Positions 57,382 through 64,000 of a DNA stretch of 64,000 nucleotides are shown piece by piece. Under the pieces are notes generated by a model. That model searched no databases. It worked only from the letters and a program-made list of their open reading frames with translations, and was not told the DNA's origin. The DNA is from the human T2T-CHM13v2.0 reference genome, Homo sapiens: assembly GCF_009914755.1 (NCBI RefSeq), contig NC_060939.1, one strand, 5' to 3'. The position numbers were made by a program, and so were the translations under genes. Position 1 is the first letter of the stretch; every line of letters starts with the position of its first letter.

Positions 57382-59930
57382 TCTGCTTGTTTATTTATGG
57401 ATAATAATCAATACAATCTGGTTTTGTAGATGATGATTAACATAAAAGATAAACATTGATGGATCATGTGCTATTATATCTGCATTTCTTTGCAATACTA
57501 TCAGTCATTCACTCAATATACAATTCTCAGCTGTACTTTAAAAAGGATATTTAAGTTACTGAAGAAAGAGATGGTACCTCAGATTCATCAGGGCACTGTG
57601 CTAAGCCCAAACACACCAAAAAAAAAATGTTTGAAGACTATTTATATGTTTCTCTAAAGGACCATCAGGTGAAAGTTACATGAAGCCATAAACTTAATAT
57701 GGAGAGTACTTTTCTAACCTTTTATAAAGTGGGGTAAATGAAATGGGGTTCTCTATTAAATAGTGGACTCCTAATCCCTGCAAGTAGTAAAGCAAAAAAA
57801 AAAAACAAACAAACAAAAAACTTTTAAACTACATATATAGGATATAATAAAGCAAATCCAATGACAAAAGGTATGCTGAGGTGTCAAAATACAGGGCGAA
57901 AACACAGGAGGAAGTGTTTAAATATGACTAAGAAATCTAAGAAGACTTTTGGAGGAGGCAGCATTTAAGCTGGGCATTCATTTACACACAGGTCTTTACT
58001 ACCCTAGCTTGAAATTTAAGGTTCAGAGCAATAAACTAAAAAAAGAATTTATTTTTTCTAATTCCAACTTCACTCCTCTTAAAAATTCTGCCCTTCCTCT
58101 GAATTAAATGTATACACAAAAACATAGAAACCTAATAGACATTTTAATGTCTCAATTAAGGTGATAAAATAAAAATTGAATTGGAAAAGCAGTTTAAACA
58201 CCTGAAGTTCTATATGTAGCGAGGTTTAAGTCACCTGGGTTAGTCCTTTTAAAGACAGTTAAGTGTTCAATAGTACATTCAATGAATCATTATGCTTGAG
58301 TAGAACATTTAGCAGGCTAGCCCATCTTGGCAAGAATAACAGGGCATAACCCCTAAGGAACTGTCTTTTAATCTTAATGGGCTGGGAGTTAACAAGAAGT
58401 AAATTACCATTCTCTGAAATGAGGATATATTCTAAAGCCGCTGCAAAAGATAAAATAGACAATTCTGGAACAGGTCCAAGGAAGCCTATCATGGGTGCAC
58501 TTCTCATTCAAATGAAAGGCCCTGTTATAAATCAAAGCTGTAGCTGGTTCTTCCTGTGTATTTAGCCGAATACAAAATGACTGAAAAAAAAAAAAAAAGC
58601 TTAACTTTGAGACCAGAGTACTTTTAGATACATGTGACTCAGTCCAAGTTCTTCCTTGGGAAAATATGACAATGTTCCCATGCATACAGTTACCAAGGGT
58701 ACCTGTTCCATGAATAACGGTTTTAATGCAGTATGCTGTCAAGAGAGAGAAAATCTAGGTAGTAAAGCAATATTAATGAATGAAGTGTGAAGAAAAATGG
58801 CACTTCAAAGGGCACTGGAGTGGAAACCAGAACTGGGTGACCTCGCATTATCATTAACTGCCTGTGTGTCCTTGGGGAAGTGACAGCCTCCCTGGGTTGC
58901 AGTTATCCTATCTGAAAACAAAGAAGATGAAGCAAGGACAGTAAGGGTTCACTCTCCCTCCCACAGTGCCTAACTCAGGAGGCAATGTTCTCAATTGTCC
59001 AGAGAGGGAGGTCACCCAAAATGCCTACAATGGCATGTGCGATGTGCAAAAGCACATTCCAAAATTACAATTGCTTTCATTTACTTTTAGTCATAACTTA
59101 TTTCAAAAGTTCAAATACAATTAGTGAGAACGATTTTTGTTAAGCTAAAGAAACACATGTTAAAGGTTTGGAAACACTTTCAATGAGAAGATAAGCTGTA
59201 ACTCATATTAAAATATCATACCATGTAGGATCTTATAACTACTTATTTCTTGGCTTAGTAAAAATTAAGCATTCTCATAGACATGCTGACAGTCACTGGT
59301 GGGACCAGTGGTGTTAGAGTCTCCACAGAATATTATTAAAAATACCCAGACTGTCAGAAAATAAATGTCTGTTATTTAAGCTGCACTGCCTGCCCCCAAC
59401 AAAAAATAAAAAACAAACCCAGAGACTGGATTGAGAATACCACATTGACCCAGCAGCTGTTACAGCACTCGGGCTCAGGAACCAATCTAAGTATTACTCC
59501 ATGTACTTAGCCTTACAGAAGAACACAGAAGAGGAGATATGGCAGGTTCAGCATCTTTACCTCATCCAGGGCCCAGCAGCTACCTCAGTACACTGCTTCT
59601 TTTGCCTCCTCACTCACACAGGGTGCAGCAAGAGCCAAGGGGCACATAGGTCACCTTCACACAGAGAAGCTGCAACTCCCATTTCCTGCCCATCTTTTAT
59701 ACAGATCTAGTTCCACAGACCCAAGGCTTCCATGCCAACTCACAGCTCCCAATTCAGGTGTAGTAGCACACAGTAACAGGCAGGTACAGGTACATCCCAC
59801 ATTATCACAACTCTATGGCTTCCCCAAAACTAGTGCTGAGAGAAGATAAGTTTCAAGGTTATTCCCCCAGGCAGGCCCAGCTTAGTCCGGGACCGATGTT
59901 AACTCTTTACTCACAAATATAAAAAATGTT

Positions 59931-60222
59931 GGTTGGGTGCAGTGGCTCACGCCTATAATCTCAGCACTCTGGGAGGCCAAGCCAGGAGGATTGCTTGAGG
60001 CCAGGAGTTCAAGATCAGCCTGGGCAACAGAGTAGACGTGTCTCTACAAAAAATTTAAAAATTAGTCAGGCATGGTAGTGTGTACCTGTAGTCCTGGCTA
60101 CTCAGGAGGCTGAAGTTGGAGGATCACTTGAGCCCAGAAGTTCAAGGTTACAGTTAGCTATGATTACACCCCTGCACTCCAGTCTGGGTGAGAGAGTGAG
60201 ACCTTGTCTCTAAAAACAACAA
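59931..60222 (+). mobile_element. AluJ
   Basis: ggaggattgcttgaggccaggagttcaag and ggatcacttgagcccagaagttcaagg. Confidence 0.92.
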
Positions 60223-60629
60223 GTTACAGCGCCTTATAAAACAACTGACTCTAGTATACTTTTTAATGTGTCCCTGTGTACATGCACACAGTTTTTTAAA
60301 TCCAGATTTTCTTTCATAGCTATAAAGTGTTGATAATCTATTCATTTATACAGGCACGCTTTGAATTCAAAACTGTTAGCTTCACCTCAAGAAACTTTTA
60401 CTGAAAGTCTACAACATAAACCATATGACTAGGTACCAGGGATACAAATGATTTAGAAGAAGGTTTCTGCTCCGAAAGAGTCTATCAGCAAAGAAAAGGG
60501 ATATACTTCCAAAAAGAATTAATAAAACGTGCTAATATACGTAAAGTGCCAAGTACATAAGAATTACGGAAGAAAAGGACTAGTACATTGTAGGCAGCCA
60601 TGGAAGGTTTGGGGGAAATAATTTCTGCT

Positions 60630-60870
60630 TACTGTTAATAACTGCCATGTATTGATCTCTGACTACAAGGCGAACTGTACCAGGCACTTTACATATATCA
60701 CCTTACTTTATCCTCTCAACAACACAATTAGTCAGTACTGTAATTATCTCCAATTTTCAGATGGGGAAATTTGGACTTTGAGATGTTAAGTAATTCTGCC
60801 CAAGTGGTAAAGGCCAGATTCAAACTCAGATCAGTCTGACTCCAAAGCCAGTGATCTTAAGCACCAGACT
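60630..60870 (-). mobile_element. MIR
   Basis: ccaggcactttacatatatc...ccaattttcagatggggaaa...gttaagtaattctgcccaag. Confidence 0.75.
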
Positions 60871-61014
60871 AGAAGAGACTATCCTGAAGAAACACATAAT
60901 ATATTCTAGACTGGAAAATGGTATAAACAAAATCACTTTCACAGCAAAGCATATAACATTACCCTATGCTTGACCACTCAACATCAGCAAAAACAACAGC
61001 AGCCACAGCAGCAA

Positions 61015-61225
61015 CAATGGCATTTTTACTGAGCACCTACTATGTGCCAAACACTAGTCAGACATTTTCTCATTTAAACTCCATAACAGATATGTAAGGT
61101 AGGTCTGAGTCCACTTACAGGTAAGAAGACTGAAACTCTAAGAAGTTAAGTGATCTTCCCAAGGTAACACAATTAGAAAGGAGCAAAACTAGAATTCAAA
61201 TCCAGGTTAGTATGATTCTCAAATC
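61015..61225 (-). mobile_element. MIR
   Basis: tttactgagcacctactatgtgcca...gaagttaagtgatcttcccaaggtaacac. Confidence 0.75.
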
Positions 61226-62429
61226 CGTATTTTCCATTACTAGGAAATACTGTCTTCCAGCAGACCACTTTGGCTGAAATAAGGAGCTGTACCAAGGAGG
61301 CACAAGTATTAAGATAGAGAGGGAGGTCAGACCCAGAAAGTGGCCTGAATGTTTGGATTTCATCCAATGTCCCTTCTTTTGACAACAACCAGCAGGAACC
61401 ATTGTTTGCCCAGGTACACAGATCTATTCAGCGTACAGAGAAGGCTTGAATAGGGTAGATGACCTGTACAGAAAGGTACTTTGGGAAAATTAATATGGCC
61501 AGGAAACCAATTTAAAGTTTATTCCAATGGAACAGATATGAAGAATGAAAATTGTAGACTAAGAATTCCCCCAAAACTGGAATTAGAGAAAGACAGGTGA
61601 TAAAAACATTACAAAGAAAAACCTGGTAATAAGTAGATGGTGGGAAGGAGGCAAGGATAATTCCATGTCTACAAAGTGGCTGCTAACAGAAATATGAAAA
61701 ACAAAAAAGAATGATAAGAATGAATTTAGACATGCTGAAAATAAGGAACAGTGAGACATCTAAATGTTCAACAAAAGGTGAAAAAAGCTAAAAGTTCAAT
61801 AAAAAGTTGAACAGGACAGCTCAAAGGAGAGAGCCCTGTGACATGCCAGCACAAACCTGCTTCTGTGAGGACAATAGGCTAGTTAACTCCAAAACACTGG
61901 GAACCAGGTCCATGCTGTTCCCTGCTATACTCCCATCACACCTTCCACAGAGCAGTGATCTACACATCTTTTCTGAATAAAGTATTATGAGCCAATCCAA
62001 ATTTCTCCAGCCTCCTGAGGATATCATGACTCCATCAAATATGCCTTGATGAAATCCATACCCACTATCTTTTATTATATTCTTGCAGACGCCATGCAAC
62101 CCTAACAAAGAAAGAAATGAAGTCAATGTGAGCTACTCACAGTGAACCAATCATAACCCTCCCAAAAGTACTGATCATGAACAACCTAGAAGGGTTGTTC
62201 AAAGACTCTGTCCTTGATGATGCCCCACTCAATTACTTTAAAATGTTTTATTTGAGGACTAGAAAGTCTTCGTTGTGATCATTAAGTTATGGCTCAGGTA
62301 ACTACACATAGATATTAATTCCCAAAAAGCCTCCAAGAAGATCATAAGTTAAAAATCAGCACTGACAAAGCTATGACTGCAAAGAGCCTATTATATTCTG
62401 CAGAATTTCAGAAATGATTGACAGCATTG

Positions 62430-62990
62430 GTGAGTTTAGTTTTGACTCTCCAGTATCCATTCCCCCTTGTTCTGGAAACACAACAAACACTCTCACCCTA
62501 CTCTCAGCTCAGTGGTTTGGGTAGGGCTGCCGAGCTGGGCATATGACCTAGTCTAAGTCAATCCGCACTTCTTTTCTTCCTGGTCACAAAGAATGGGTCA
62601 GGGACAGGCACGTAAGACCCAGGCCTAAGCCAGTCAGCCGATTCCATATCTCTGGCCATAGTGATTAATTTCAAGATGCCCATTTGGGTCAAGAAGAGTT
62701 AGGTCCAGGACTTTATCGGACTGTTAGAAAACAAACTTGTTCTTTATTGCTAGCAGTAAGGATGCCATGGAACCTAGAGCTGCTATGGGCCACCATGTGG
62801 CACCAGTAAATGAAACTGATATAGATGGAAGCAAAGCCAAAAGGCAGAGATAGACTGGCTCCTAATGCCACTGATCCAGCCAGCCCTTCTGTGAACTTTT
62901 CAGTCTCTGGGCCAATAAAATCTCATTTTTGCTTAAGCCAGGTTGAATCAGACTATATACTTGCATTGGAAAAATTCCTGCTCTAATCTA
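62430..62990 (+). mobile_element. MLT1K/L-like MaLR LTR
   Basis: ccagtatccattcccccttgttctgg...ctggccatagtgatt...gccaataaaatctcattttgcttaagccaggttgaa. Confidence 0.65.
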
Positions 62991-63957
62991 ATTGCCCAAG
63001 CAGCCCTTACCTTGAGGATAAACTTGGGAAAGAATCCGACCCTCGATTTCATTTAGCAATCTATTTCTTTTGCTACATATATAATACAAGAATAGCCCAT
63101 GGGAAATTTTTGCTTAGGAACTTATAATTGCAACTGAGGACACAAAAGCTCACTCTTTTCTAAGCTCTGATAATGTGAGCAAACAAGAAAGATAAACAGA
63201 CAACAAAAGCTACACCAACGACAGCCTGAGCTCTGATCAGCTTGTCCCAAACACTGTAAAGCTAGATGTATGCTTAAGCACTGAAGTTGTCACATTTTAA
63301 GTTGCTGACGCAAGTAAAAATCCACAGTACAGAGTGTGATGTTAGGAGATAACAAACAGCTGAGGCTGCCTACTCAAACATTTCTATAAACAACAACAGC
63401 GAGCTTTGACCCCAGACTGAAGTTTCGAGAAACTGTGGGTATAATCCTCTATCCCTTTACAATCCAGATTGCAAGTATCTGCAAAGAAAAATGCATGGGG
63501 GAAAAAAGCCACTGGTACTACAAATATAGCATAAATAAATACTATAGAGGAGAAAAAAAAAATGAGCAACCAGTTGTGGGGTTTTTTTGGTGGACGTTTT
63601 TCTATTCAGAACCATATTCTAAATTTCTATGTTTTTAATATTCAGTATCTTTTCATTTGACACTTATATTTGACATATAATACAGGTTAGGATATTCTGT
63701 TTATGTTCATTTTCTGTCTCATCAGCTATAGTGTGAGTCCCTTCAAATCAGGGCCTTATCTTTCCAGACCTAAAATAGTGTCTGACACAAAGTAGATGGG
63801 TGAAAATATCTGCTGAAAATTACCGAAATGTTAACTACTTGGCTAGTAATGAGTTTATCTTATAATGAATAATTCTGACTTCCTTGCTTAAAATTAATAA
63901 ATTACCATTTATTCGATAGCTCCTATGTGACAAATGACATGCTAAAAACCATACATA

Positions 63958-64000
63958 GGCCGGGCACGGTGGCCTGTAATCCCAGCACTTTGGGAGGCCA
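63958..64000 (+). mobile_element. Alu 5' end (continues beyond the window)
   Basis: ggccgggcacggtggcctgtaatcccagcactttgggaggcc. Confidence 0.9.

Overview
Human/primate genomic DNA: AT-rich, repeat-dense and with no prokaryotic features. The only real coding sequence is the last coding exon of MTHFS (5-formyltetrahydrofolate cyclo-ligase; from recall 15q25, shared with the ST20-MTHFS read-through), on the minus strand at 22220-22452. Its 3' UTR lies to the left. Everything from 22453 to the window end is inferred to be the large preceding intron, and roughly 1-19500 is downstream intergenic DNA. The rest is mostly transposon-derived: about 23 Alus, old L1/L2/MIR fragments, several solo LTRs (LTR33, MLT1, MLT2, MER66-like, half a MER11, one further ERV1 LTR) and DNA transposons (MER3, MER5, MER58, Tigger4a). 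Nearly all other ORFs in the track are repeat or chance artefacts. I found no convincing new biological system. The best leads are: (1) several locally templated copies, namely a perfect 50-bp inverted copy 3.4 kb from its source, a 110-bp direct copy and two fold-back hairpins; (2) a fossil hAT/Charlie transposase readable motif by motif at about 16.2-18.6 kb; (3) an in-frame candidate alternative last exon for MTHFS at about 19.5-19.7 kb; (4) a CpG-rich unique enhancer-like patch at 7.1-7.3 kb; (5) a nested, internally deleted L1 carrying half a MER11 LTR. Repeat family names come from remembered consensus sequences. Repeat boundaries are approximate unless target-site duplications (TSDs) are quoted.
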